Virus record (IMG/VR): IMGVR_UViG_3300038468_000190
Coordinates: 64,001 to 128,000 of that record
Direction: 5' to 3' (one strand)
DNA length: 64,000 nucleotides
DNA from: a virus
This document shows, one piece after another, positions 38,640 to 50,491 of this stretch. Each line of letters starts with the position of its first letter. The first letter of the stretch is position 1. The position numbers and the translations under genes were made by a program. Under the pieces are notes generated by a model, which saw only the letters and a program-made list of their open reading frames with translations, ran no database searches and had not been told where the DNA came from.

Positions 38640-41600
38640 GAGGGGCTCCTTTTGATGGGGATCACGACCCCGAACGACAGGCACCCGAACCGGATGTCGT
38701 CGTCGGTCTTGCCCGGCTCGAACGTCTCGTCCGTACCGAAGATATCTATGATACCAAACCCGCGCGGGATCGAGGAATACCACTCCCCCGGAAAAAGCCA
38801 GAGCTCGTGCGTGCCGCCCTCGTCCACGTCTTCGTAGCGGGCTCCGCGGCGGCGTGCGCCGGGGCCCGCGCTTTCCTCGTCGACCTCTCGAAGCGCCGAC
38901 CAGCATCGGCACCCGCGCTCCTTGAGCTCTTGCCGTGACGCGGAAGAGAGGGCCTCCCAGTCGTCCGGACTGGACGGCGGCGCGGCAGGCCCGGGCTCGC
39001 CCGCGGGCCGCGTAAACTGCGGCGTCGTGACGATGACCTCGTCGTCGTCTTTCGCGCCGATGGCGTCCCGCACGGCGTCCGCGAAAGGGGCGACGCCCCG
39101 CTTTGGAAGTTTGCCGGTTGCCATTCAGAGATCTCCTTGGACTAGCCGGTCGCGAAAGCGCCGGCCCATCTCGAAACCGCGGCGCCCGGAGCGCGTGTAG
39201 GCAGGCAGGTCACGTCGTCCATCGAATCCCGCAACGAAGGCTCGGACGAAGATGGGGCCGATGTGGCTCTCCGCCATAGTAACGGGCCCGAACGAGGCTC
39301 CGATTGCTTGTGAGCAGCCAAACAGGGCTCCGATAGGACAGCACTCTCGCGACTCCTCCGAGAACGTGACTCCTGGCCGGATGGTCCAGCCGGCCCTGCG
39401 ACGATCTGCGCAGGCGACCGCGATGGCCTCCTCGAGCTCGCTGAGGGCCTCGGGCGACAGCTTGTCCTCGGTATTCTCGTCAGGTCTCATGGCCACCAGG
39501 GCTCCTTGACCCAGGCAAGGAAGGCCGCGCGGTGCGCGGAGTCCCACACGCCGAGGGCTTCGTGCATGTCGAACTTCTGCCCGTTCTCGTAGGGGTTCCA
39601 GACGGAGACGAGAAACCGGAGGCTGCAGAGGGCGCCGTGACCGAAGCCGCCGCGCCTGATAGCGCGGAGGAGCGGCCGGGCGTCCGTCCAGGGGCAGACG
39701 AGCGAACGGGCGCACTTGTCGACCTCTGGAAACGAGAGCGCGAGGGCGGTCATGCGTTCGTGAGGGGTCATGGTCACGTCCAGAAGAGGTGCGTCCCGCC
39801 GACCGCGGCGATGCGATCCATGATCGCGGCCACGCGTACGGCGTCGGCAGCCACGCCCGTGTACGGGGCGTCATCGCGCTCGCGGATGAGCCGCTCGAGC
39901 TCGGCGTCGTAGCCGGGCACCACGAACGCGCACGAGAAGTTTCGGACGAGCGAGCCGTCCCACTTCCACATGTAGGGCTTCGCGCCGTGACGGTCGGCTC
40001 CGTAGAGATTGATGCTCCCGAGCCAGCATTCGCCGTGGTCTTCGGCCATCGCCTCGATGACTCGACGGCACGAGTCGTTCAGGTCGGTGTCGGCCTCGAC
40101 GGGCCAGCCGTCACCCTCGCGTACGCTCTTCACGAACGCGACCGTGTGCTCGGCGCGGGCCTCTTGGGTCTTGGTCATGGGTCTCCTATGTGCGCCTCCG
40201 CGAAGTCGATTGCGAGGGTGTTCGTTTGATCCAGAGAGCCCGGTCTCGGTTGCGGCGCCGGACGCGGGTCTCGAGCCTTTTGCACGCGACCCCAAGATCG
40301 CTCACGAACTCGTCGTCGAAGATCTCGGGTTCCCGCTGCAAGTCGTCCACGAATGCGTCTCCCATGGGACTACCAAGGACCCACAGGATGTGGGAGAGGG
40401 CCCGCGCACGCGTCATCAGAAAACTACCTCGCCGCAGTGCGCGCAGGTGCCCCTGCGGACGAGAGTCCCGACGCGCATGACGAGCGGCACGTCGTGCCGG
40501 CCGCGCGCGCACCAGACGTCGGCCCAGTGCGTGGCGCGCGGACACGTGGAGTCGATCTTGTGGCGCGCGCCGATGCGGCAGGCGAGACATTCTCCGCGCG
40601 CCGCGGCCCGGAGCTCTTCCTCGATGTCGATGCGCAGGGCGCGGTCTAAGTCGAGCTTCATTCAAGAACCCTCCCGAAGTCGACCCGAAGATACCGACGG
40701 GCATCTTCCAGCGTCACGTCGAAAAAGAAGTGATGGTTCCACTTACCGGAGTAAGGATTCAAATGGAGGACGCCAAGCGTCTTGGCTGCCTCCACGTCCT
40801 CGAATCGGGTGAACACGGAGGCCCCCGCTCCGGCGATGTTGGGTCGGACGGAGATCCATAGGTCCCCCGCCCTGGTCCGGAGCTTGTACGGGTACATGCG
40901 CCCCACGGTCTTCTCGGCTCCGAGACTCTCGACGAACTTCACGAGCTCCGCTGCATAGCCAGCGTTGGCCAGCTCCCAGTTCTTTTTGCGCCGAGGAGCC
41001 CGGCGTTCGGGTTTGGTCATGGGGTCAGACCTCCTCGATATCGAGCGTCGACAGGATGTCCGAGCGCAGCGACCACGCCTCGTCGCCGCCATCCTCGTAG
41101 AGCCGACGGAGAAGGACGTGGAGCTCGTCCGGGTGCACGCGGACCTCGCCCGTCGTGTGGTCGGCGCTTGAGCGCTCGGTCAGCGCTTCCAGGTGCGAGT
41201 CGATGCCCTGATTCCAGGCCGCCGCGATAGCGCGCCACTCGTCTTTGCAGCGGATCGTCATCGGGTATCCGTCCGGACACTGGTCGGCACAGGCCTTTTT
41301 GATGACCTCGTCTGGGCAGGTTCCGAAGCTGTAGCGGCTCATGATTGCCTCGCTGGAAAGCCGTGGAGCTTGAGCACGAGATCCTTTGCGGGATCGGCCG
41401 GCTCCGCTCCGGACTGGTAGCGGAAGAGTGCGGCGTTGAGGTCGCCGTGCATGTACTCGCGCGCGGTCGTCCCGATCTTGTTCACTGGACGCTCGAGAGC
41501 CGCCTCGTGTGCCGCGGCGTCGGCGATCATCGCTTCCGCCGCGCGTCGAGCCTTCGCTCGGACGCGTTCGGGGTAGCTCTCGCCGCTGAATGACTCGAGC

Positions 41601-44600
41601 GGCGCACAGGCGCCGTAGCCGACCAAGGCCTCGACTTTGACGAGGTCGCTTGGTGGGCCATGCTCGATCTCGTCGTAGCCGACGGAGTCGAGCGCGCGCC
41701 GGATCTGTTCGTCCGAGAGCTCGGACAGGTTCACCGAGCACGTCTCGGCGTAGTACTCCGCCCAGCCGTCCCGCCGACAGGCGCCCTCGCCGCAGGCGTC
41801 GAACATGTTCGTGAAGCGGATCACGAACCACGTCCCGTCCGGCGCCTGGCGCGTCCACAGGCCGTGGTAGCCCGCCCAGTCGACGTCGGAGCCGATGTCC
41901 GTCCAGCCTTTCATGGTTGTCCTTGTGGTGCGACGCGGATCTCCTCGAGCGTCGCCAGCGTGCGCGACAGGGACGCGTTCAGGTCGTCGAGCGCTTCGTC
42001 TTCGAGCTCGGTGCGGAGGTCAGCCCAGATGGCTTTCTCGGATTCGTAAGAGCAGCCGCCGAGGGATGCGGTGCCACGAAAGCCTTTCCAGGCCGCCGTC
42101 ACGAGCACGCTGCCCCAGGCGGCATAGTTTCCGTGGGCGAGCTCGCGCCGGATCCAGGCGTAGCATTCTTGGTCGACTGAGTCGTCGCCACTCGCCATGG
42201 CGTTGCCTTCGATGGGCAGGTCGTCCACCTCGAGCGTATACGTAAACTCGACCTCGTCGAGTCGCGTGAGCTTGCGAAGCGTCATGACACACCTTCGCCG
42301 GCAAGCGTGAAGTCGACGTGTCCGCGCGCGAGCAAGGTCTCCACAGGGTCTTCCACTTGGTAGTTTGGAAACCACCAGATACGGCCGCGCACCGTCGGTG
42401 CGCCAGCGTCCGAGAACGTGAGGTCATCGGTGACGATGGGCGCTGAGGTCAGGGCCCCGATCCATTCGGGAGCCACGTAGCTCCACCCGATGCCAAAGTA
42501 GCCGTCGAGCAGTCCGCTCCAACGGTCGCCACGCATGGCTTGCAGATCCTCCAAGTCGTCGTTCGGGCCGATGGAGAACCGTAGGTTCCCGTTTGGGAGC
42601 ACGTCGAGCGTCATGACACACCTTCTCCGTTCGGGCATCCGGGCATGCCGCAATTGCACCCGGCGTCGCTCCGCGGCGCGGGAATGTTGAGAGCGTTCCT
42701 GAGAACCTGGGTCTCTGCGGCCGTTAGCAGGAAGTAGCGGACGGCGTCGTGGAACGCATCGATGTAGGGGCGACGCTCCGGGCCGCGCTCTCGGTCCTCC
42801 CAGTAGTGGACGAACGCGAGCGCCGCCTTGATCTTCTTCGGGTTCATGGAGCCGCCTTACGCCGCACCATCAATGCCCGCCGAGTCGGTTTCAGATACAT
42901 GGACATGAGGTTCGCGACCGTATCCTCGTCTTGCCGACTGAGCCGCTCCCTGTACTTCCGAATTGCCTCATCATAGGCCTTGCGGCGGGCGCCGCGCACC
43001 CCGTCGCCCACAAGGGCGACCTCGCGCTGGAGCGCAAACTCAGTGGCCTCAAAAACGGCGCGGTTCAATGGGCCCTCTCGCCGCTCATGGCGAGACCCCT
43101 TCCGCTCCCGGGCAGAGCTCGAACCTGTAGCGCCAGTTTGCGAAGGCCTGGCCGTTCGAGAAATACCACGTGAAGCGATGCCCGTATTCGCCGGGCGCGC
43201 AGTTCAGGTTGAGGCCCTCGACCCGCTTGTTGTCAAACCGAGTGACGGCCCAGTCCGGCCCCCACAGCAAGGGGCCGACCTTGACGCCTCCCACCATGTG
43301 GGAGTCGAAGTGTCCGCCGAGGGCCATTACGCCTAGCTGAAGACTCGTACCGACGGTTCTACGCTCGGGGATGTTCATGTTCAGCCTTCTTGGCTTCGTC
43401 GATCGGCGTGTGCAGCGCCGCGTCGAAGACTTCTGCGATGTAGTCCTTGATCTCGTTGCGGTTCCGCCCCCCGATCGTGAGCCGGAACCCGAACGCGAGC
43501 GACGGGCGCACCACCACGCGGTGCGTGGTCCAGCCGTCGTAGAAGCCGTGTTCGTTCATGTGATGAAAGTCGACGTCGAACACGAGGCTTTCCCCGGTGC
43601 TCTTGATGTCGTCGAGCTTGGTGCCGTTGTCGAAGCCGGAACCGCTCGGAAGGTAGCGCTTGACGAGCTCGGCCGCGCGCGCCTCGTGATATCGATCGTG
43701 CCACTCGTCGTTGCCGCTGCGACGGCAGTTGTCCCGCGCGATGAGGATAGACGCCAGTACTTGGTACAGGGGTTTCGGGGTCACGTCAGTAGCCTCCTCT
43801 GAAGTGCTTGAGCCGGTACTCGTGAAACGGTCGCAAGTGTTCGCGTGCCCACTCGCGGGCGAGCCGTCGAGTTTTGAACGCTCCTCGACTGAGGACAGAG
43901 AAGGGTCCCGTTCGCTCCGTCGGATGCCAGGGGGTCGGCAGATCCGACCACGGGAGAAGGATCGTGAAGTAGCCCCGGTTCGCCTTACGGCGCAGGCGCG
44001 CGAGCTTGCGCCGCGTGACTTTGTAGGTTCGATTGGGCATCGGCTAGTAGCGGATGACGCTCCCCCGTTCGAGTTTCTTGATCTCCGCCGGGCGAAGTTT
44101 GCGACACGGTGTGCCGCCTTGTCGTCGGGGCCCCACGTGCTTGGTGCAGTAGGCGAACCCCCGGTTGTCGACGTGCGACACGGGATCCCTACACGAGAGA
44201 TCCATGTCGCACTGTAGTTTGCGGGCGGTCATGCGAGACCCCCGGCGAACGGTTCGAAAGCCCACTGCCCGGACCCCTGCAGCGTCGGCGCGTGCTTACA
44301 GTGGCCATGGTGTACTTGTCCCATGCTGGCGAGGTGCGCCGCGCAGATCGGGAACCGGCGAGTTTCGCCGTGGAGAGTGAACGCGGCGACTCCGATCGCT
44401 TCGTTCTGGTCGGGTGTGGGGCGACCGTTGCAGTCGATCCACTGGATCTGACACGTAGGGCGTTCGGGAGCGTTCACGCGGCCGCCTTTCCGCTGCGAAG
44501 AGTGTACTCCCCGACGAACGGCGTGCCCGGCTGGCGCTGGACGCCCACGTTGACCCCGCCCCGCGGCTGGCCAGCGGCGCGGCGCACTACGGCGCGGCCG

Positions 44601-45057
44601 AGCACCGCATACACGGCGCCGTCGCCCGGGCGTTCTGCGACGCCGCGGAGGTACTCGCGAGCGCGCTCGCGTTCGGACGGAGCGGCGACGGGGGCCGCGG
44701 CATGCGCCGGGAGCTCCGGACGCTTGGCGAGCGCGCGATCGATCGCGCCTTGTAGGTCCCGGACGTGCGCCGGGCCGACCCGGACGACGCCACCTAGCTC
44801 GGCTGCGAGACTCGTCGCGGCGCGCGCCGTCACTGCGAGCACGATCGCGATGCGCCGGTCGCCCGCGGAGTCGTTTACGGTCGCGCTCCAGGCCGCGATC
44901 TGCCGCCCGTTCTCGAGGGCTACGCGGATCGCCCGCGCTTGCTCTGAATCGAATTTGTTGACCATTGCCGTTTCCCTTTTTGAGCCCGGCTGCCCGGGTT
45001 TTGCGCCCTAGCGGCCGAGGAACGGCCCCCGCCGGGGTGCTCCGGCTGCCTCGAGAC

Positions 45058-45130
45058 GACGTTACGAATAATCTACCATGCATAACGTCTCACTGGTAGA
45101 CGTTACGATAACTGTGCTTATCATAACGTC
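45058..45130. promoter_or_regulatory. Two tandem 32-bp inverted-repeat sites; the second is a dif/lox-like 13-6-13 site
   Basis: GACGTTACG-N14-CATAACGTC at 45058-45089 and 45099-45130. Confidence 0.75.
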
Positions 45131-45244
45131 GGTCCCTGGCGCCGGCGTGCGCCGGGGGCCGTTCCCCGGGCCCGGGGCTGTTCCTGGGCTCCTAGGGCGC
45201 AAACGGCGACCGTCGGAAAGGACGGCCGGCACGCGAAAGGGAAG

Positions 45245-45403
45245 ATGATGACGTTTTCGGATGCGGAATTCGCCGCGTTTCTCCGAGAGGAGCTCCGCGC
45301 GTATGAAGAGGGCGAACACATTCCGCCCTGGCTCTCGCGCGACGAGGCGATCGAGCAGACTGAACGCGAGCTCAAGCGGCTCGCACGGCAGAGCGAACGC
45401 TAA
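45245..45403 (+). CDS. 52-aa acidic protein, first rightward gene (absent from ORF track)
   Basis: AAAGGGAAG then MMTFSDAEFAAFLREELRAYEEG. Confidence 0.55.
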   Translation: MMTFSDAEFAAFLREELRAYEEGEHIPPWLSRDEAIEQTERELKRLARQSER

Positions 45404-47832
45404 GCGGGGGCGCGTTCCGCGCCTGCTGGGCTCGCAAAGGGAAGATTCGTCTACGTCCGCTGGTGGCGGATACCAAGCTCCCGGACGTAGCGCAGTTTTG
45501 AAAGGGAAGAACGATGCGGAAAACGTACCCGGAATGGATCTGGCGCACATACGACGTCAGGCCAACGTGGGCCTACGAGGCCACGATAGAGGAGTGGGCG
45601 AGCCACGCGTACGCGACGGTCGCCAGGGGCCTACGGCCCGCGTGGTTTCTGGCAGAGCTCCACTCGCACGCCAACGTCTCGCGGGGGACCCGATGACGCG
45701 CACATTCGTTCTCACGAACCGCCACGACCAGCGCGGGATCCAGATCGGGATCCGTCCCCTCTGCGTGGTCGCGTTTCACTTCTGGCGCCGCTACCGCGGA
45801 TCGCTCGGATGGACGCTGACTTTCGCGTTCGGGCGCGGCGCGGGCTGCCGATGGGGTCGCACGCTGTACTTCTCGCGCGGCGCGAAGGGTGGCCAGCGCT
45901 ACCTCTACAAGGCCGCGGGCTTTCGCGCCGGCTTCACCCAGAACGCCAACGAGACCCCCTACTCTTTCGGCTCTTGATCATGTCCGACCTCCTCGACACG
46001 TTCGCCCAAGACTTGGCGCACGCCGCCATGGCGGCGCACTACGGCGAGGCCGACCGGATCGACGATCCGCTGCTTCGCGCCGCGGGCGAGATCTACCTCG
46101 CGTTCGAGAGCGGCCACGTAAGCGCGCCGCACCCGCACGCGTCCAACGGCCGGCTCAGGTTCGCCGTCTATGTGAGGCCCCGATGAGTGAATTCACCGAT
46201 TCAATCGAGCGCGAGCTTCGCGGCTGCGAAGCGTTCAGCGTCGGGTCGTGCCCCGGCTGCTCGGAGTGCGGGCTCGGCGAGGATCCCAGCGACACGGATC
46301 GCGAGCTCGCCGAGGAGTCACGCTTCTCCTGGCGCGCATGCGACTCGTGCGGGAGCACGTTCGGGGGCGACCGGCACCCGGCGCACTACCTCGACGACGA
46401 GCGCGCGATCGTCCACGTCCACGTCTGCACCGATTGTCTCTTCTTCCACGCGAACGGCGACGAGCCGGACGACTGGAGCAAGCACCCATGAACAAGGAAC
46501 TAGAAGCACTTCTTCTGTCCGCCGCGAAAGCGCTCGACCTCGGCGTCGTCGGCGTAAACCCCGAGCGCGCCTGTGACTGGGGTGTCCCCATGGGGGTCCT
46601 GGTACTCGAGGGCCAGACGATCCCGGGCCACTCGAAGAAAGCCCGCACGGCGGGCTACTACACGCCCTATTCCGCATGGCGTCCCCCGTCCGGCAAGTGC
46701 TTGTTCGTGGACCACGTCGAGCACGGCGACGGCAAGAGTCACTACCAGATCTTCCTCCTGTCGGAGGACACGACGGGCTACGGGGCGTTCAACGGGCGGC
46801 ACGACGGGTTCTCCCTGTCGGAGATGAAGGCGTACCTCCGCGGCGTCGCCGACGGCGCGGACATGATTCCAAAACCACGAAAGGGACGACGATGACCGGC
46901 GCTGAGGTCACGCGCATCGCACAGAAACTCGTGGCTGACATGGGTTACGAGGCTGCGTTACAGGACGTCCGGCGCCGGATTCGGTACATGCAAGGGGCGC
47001 ACCCGAGCTACGGCGCATTCTGGGAGTCTGTTTTGTTAGAGCTCCTGGCGGCCCGCGTTGTCTGCCACGCCATGCGCCACCTGTCCCCGACTCCGGAGCT
47101 CAAGGCGAGCGGCCGGTGCCCGAAACTCTTCGAACGAAAGGATCTCCCGTGAGCGACGTTCGCATCGAAACAGGCGGACGCCTGTCGTCGATGGTTCTGA
47201 TTACGCCGGTGTCCTACGTCGGGCGCCAGTGGATCGACGAAAACCTACAGGTCGAGGGCTGGCAATGGCTCGGCCGGAGCCTCGCCGTCGACAAGCGATA
47301 CGCTGCGCCCATCGTGGACGGCATGATCGGTGACGGGCTAGACGTGGAGGCCTCCTGATGAATCGCCTCATCCTCACCGAAAACGACCTCGCAACGCTCG
47401 TCAATGCGCTCCACGAGGCCGCCGGCCAATGCCGGCTGGACGCTGAGCAATTCCCGGCGCTGCGAAAAGCCTCACTCGAGTCCGCTGAGCAGTACGAGCT
47501 CTTGGAAGAGAAGCTCGCCGAGGCCGACTCCATCATCGTGGAGCGGAGCCCATGAGCGCCGCGGCAACCGTCTGGTGCGCCGACTGTGGCGACGCGTACG
47601 ACGCGCCGCTCGGCTGCTGCCCAAACTGCGAGTGCGTAGAGAGGCTCACCGAGCGCACGAAGATCATCGTCACACTCGAAGTCGCCGGCAGTCCCGACGA
47701 CGCCATGACGGCGGTCGACCAGGCCCTGGACGAGGGCGTACTGCAAGACTTTCTGAATCAGCACGACATCGAAGACGTCGGTCCCGTGCACGTGCTCACC
47801 GCGGTCGCCCGCTTCGACGGATCGGAGAACAC

Positions 47833-49374
47833 ATGACACCCAGCCAGAAAACGAACGTCGACATTTCGGCCTTGCTCCGCGCGCGAAACACGCTTGTCTG
47901 GATCACGTCGCGGGAGGAGGTGCGCGTCGAGCGCGCCATCATCGAGGCGGCCGGCGCGGCGAAGTTCGAGACGCGGTTTTGGGACTGCGCGACGGGTCTC
48001 ACGGCTTCGGACGGCAAGGTCCTCGCCAACATCCCGAACGCCTACTCCGTGCTCGAGAGGATCCGCGACGACAAGGCGCGCATGCTCTACGTCCTCCGCG
48101 ACATCCCGGCGTGGTTCGATCCGCAGGTCGTCCGGATGCTCCGCTCGCTCGCCAGGAGCCTCCCCGGCGCGCCGAGGGACGAAGCGCGGGCCATCATCAT
48201 CCTCACGCCGCGCGGCGAGGTACCGCCCGAGCTCGCCGGCCATGCGACGGTCATCGACTATCCGCTGCCTGCCCGCGACGAGATCGCCGAGGTGCTCGAG
48301 ACGGCGCTCGGGGGATTGCCGGACGAATTCCGAGCCGCCGCGACCCCCACGAACGGCCTCCGAGAGCAAGCGATCGACGCCGCCGTCGGCCTCACCGCCG
48401 AGGAGGCCAGTAACTGCTACGCGAAGAGCCTCGTCACGACGAAGCGGATCGATCCCGCGCAAGTCTCCTCGGAGAAGCGCCGGGTCATCGCTCGAGAGAA
48501 AGTCCTCACCTGGTACGATCCGGAGCCCCGCGGGCTCGACGCGGTCGGCGGCCTCGAGCTTTTGAAGGACTGGCTCAAGGCGCGCCGCTCGGCGTTCTCG
48601 CAAAAGGCGAGAGACTTCGGCCTGCCCGAGCCGAAGGGGTGCCTGCTCGTGGGCGTCCCCGGCGGTGGGAAGAGCCTCACGGCCAAAGCCATCGCGACCG
48701 CGTGGGGCATGCCACTCCTGCGCTTGGACCTCGGCGCGCTACGGTCGAAGTACGTGGGCGAGAGCGAGGGCAACATCCGAAAGGCCCTGGCGGTCGCCGA
48801 GACCGTGGCGCCGTGCGTGCTCTGGCTCGACGAGATCGAAAAGGCCCTGGCGGGCGCGACGGGCGCTCAGGGCGACGGCGGCGTCTCAGCGGACGCGCTC
48901 GGCGCGGTGCTCTCCTGGATGCAGGAGCGCCAGGCGCCGGTGTTCGTGGTGGCGACCGCGAACAAGGTGAGTGACCTCCCGCCGGAGCTTCTCCGGAAGG
49001 GCCGTTTCGACGAGCTCTTTTTCGTGGACCTACCGACCCCAGCCGAACGCAAGGCAATCCTCCGGACGACCCTCGCGGCCTTCAAGCGGAGCCCGGACGG
49101 CATCGACGAGGACGCCGTCGCGCGGGCGACGCAGAGCTTCACCGGCGCCGAGATCGCGGCCATCGTGCCCGAGGCGATGTTCGTGGCGTTCGGGGAGGGG
49201 GAGCGCGCGATCCAGACCGAAGATCTCCTCGCCGCCGCAGCGCGCGTCGTGCCGCTCGCCGAGACCGCAAAGGAACAACTCGCCGAGCTCCGCGCCTGGG
49301 CCAAGGGCAAGGCGCGGCCCGCCGCGACGCCCGTCGCCGAAGCGCCTCGTAAGCCACGGGAGCTCGACCTCTGA
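47833..49374 (+). CDS. Ycf46-like AAA+ ATPase
   Basis: EEVRV, VGGLELLKDW, GVPGGGKS Walker A, LWLDEIEK Walker B, TAN, PPELLRKGRFD. Confidence 0.92.
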   Translation: MTPSQKTNVDISALLRARNTLVWITSREEVRVERAIIEAAGAAKFETRFWDCATGLTASDGKVLANIPNAYSVLERIRDDKARMLYVLRDIPAWFDPQVVRMLRSLARSLPGAPRDEARAIIILTPRGEVPPELAGHATVIDYPLPARDEIAEVLETALGGLPDEFRAAATPTNGLREQAIDAAVGLTAEEASNCYAKSLVTTKRIDPAQVSSEKRRVIAREKVLTWYDPEPRGLDAVGGLELLKDWLKARRSAFSQKARDFGLPEPKGCLLVGVPGGGKSLTAKAIATAWGMPLLRLDLGALRSKYVGESEGNIRKALAVAETVAPCVLWLDEIEKALAGATGAQGDGGVSADALGAVLSWMQERQAPVFVVATANKVSDLPPELLRKGRFDELFFVDLPTPAERKAILRTTLAAFKRSPDGIDEDAVARATQSFTGAEIAAIVPEAMFVAFGEGERAIQTEDLLAAAARVVPLAETAKEQLAELRAWAKGKARPAATPVAEAPRKPRELDL

Positions 49375-49405
49375 GCTCCGCAGAACAACAAGGGAAGAAC
49401 CGACC

Positions 49406-50152
49406 ATGACCACGACATCGCTCCTCAAACCAGGGTTTCTCGTCAGTCTGAAGACGTCGCTACAGGGCGGCGTCTCCTACCATCGGGTCGACCTCGACGC
49501 CGACCGGCCCGAGGGCGACCCCGCGGCCATCGCGCGCTGGGAGACCACGCGCCGCATCGACGACCCCGACGAGCACAAGCGCGCGACCAAGGCGCGGAGC
49601 GCCGCGAGCTCGCTCATTCGAGCGGTCTGCACGCATACGGCGTTCGGGCTCTTGTGCCCGGAGTCCAAAGCGGCCGAGCTCGACGAGGCGATCCAGGGCG
49701 CGCAAGCGCTCATCGACGCTCACAACCAGGCGGCGCACTCGACCCACGTCCGGGTCTACGTGCTCCGCGGCCGCATCGCCTCGACCGACGAGGAGGCCGT
49801 CAGGGCCCTGTCGAGCGAGGTCCGAGAGGTGCTCGAGGAGATGCAGGCCGGCATCCGTCGGGTCGACGTCACGGCGATTCGAGAGGCGGCCACTCGAGCC
49901 CGAAAGCTCGGCGCGATTCTCGACGCCGACCAGGCCGCCAAGGTGAACCGCGCCGTCGAGGCGGCGAGAGACGCCGCCAAGCAGATCGTCAAGCGCATCG
50001 ACGTCGAGGGCGCGGAGGCCGTGCGCGCCGTGGCCGAGGGCATGAGCGGGCCGATCGAGCAGGCGCGGTTTTCGTTCCTCGAGATCGAGGAGAGCATCGC
50101 CACGCCCGTCCACGTGCCGGCCCAAGCGGCCCGTGATCTCGAGGTGCAGTGA
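49406..50152 (+). CDS. Helical hypothetical protein coupled to the AAA ATPase
   Basis: AGGGAAG upstream; C-terminal R.L(D/E) tail like that of the ATPase. Confidence 0.65.
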   Translation: MTTTSLLKPGFLVSLKTSLQGGVSYHRVDLDADRPEGDPAAIARWETTRRIDDPDEHKRATKARSAASSLIRAVCTHTAFGLLCPESKAAELDEAIQGAQALIDAHNQAAHSTHVRVYVLRGRIASTDEEAVRALSSEVREVLEEMQAGIRRVDVTAIREAATRARKLGAILDADQAAKVNRAVEAARDAAKQIVKRIDVEGAEAVRAVAEGMSGPIEQARFSFLEIEESIATPVHVPAQAARDLEVQ

Positions 50153-50155
50153 GCC

Positions 50156-50491
50156 ATGCCCTGCGACACGGTACGTCTCTCGCCCGGCCAGACCCTGGCC
50201 GAGCGGATGGCCCAAGTGAAGGCGGCCCTTCAGCGTCTCGAGCAGAAACTCCAGAGCGGCGCCGTGCGCCTCGGCATCGGCCCGAACGGCGCCGTGGTCT
50301 TCCAGGGCTGGGCGGACAGGGACGGCGTGACCGACGTCTGCGCGTACCGCTCGCTCGCCGCGGAAAACTCCTGGGCGCTTCGCCAGGCCGTCGCTCGCGC
50401 CGAGCAATTCAGCGGGCGCAAGGTCAACGTGAACGCCGTCGCCGCGGGCGTGCACTCGCACGACGGCGGCCGGTCATGGGACAAGCACTGA
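50156..50491 (+). CDS. Hypothetical protein of the AAA module
   Basis: Third gene of the cluster. Confidence 0.6.
   Translation: MPCDTVRLSPGQTLAERMAQVKAALQRLEQKLQSGAVRLGIGPNGAVVFQGWADRDGVTDVCAYRSLAAENSWALRQAVARAEQFSGRKVNVNAVAAGVHSHDGGRSWDKH

Larger units (their letters stand above)
32936..44965 (-). other. Array of roughly 30 small, mostly translationally coupled hypothetical genes
   Basis: Successive ATGA/GTGA overlaps, e.g. 33846-34241, 38636-39124, 39487-39777, 41339-41914, 42611-42847, 43359-43784, 44474-44965. Confidence 0.75.

Noticed and set aside
45058-45130. Protelomerase telRL site
   Set aside because: Centres are not palindromic as telRL requires; a recombination site or operator fits better
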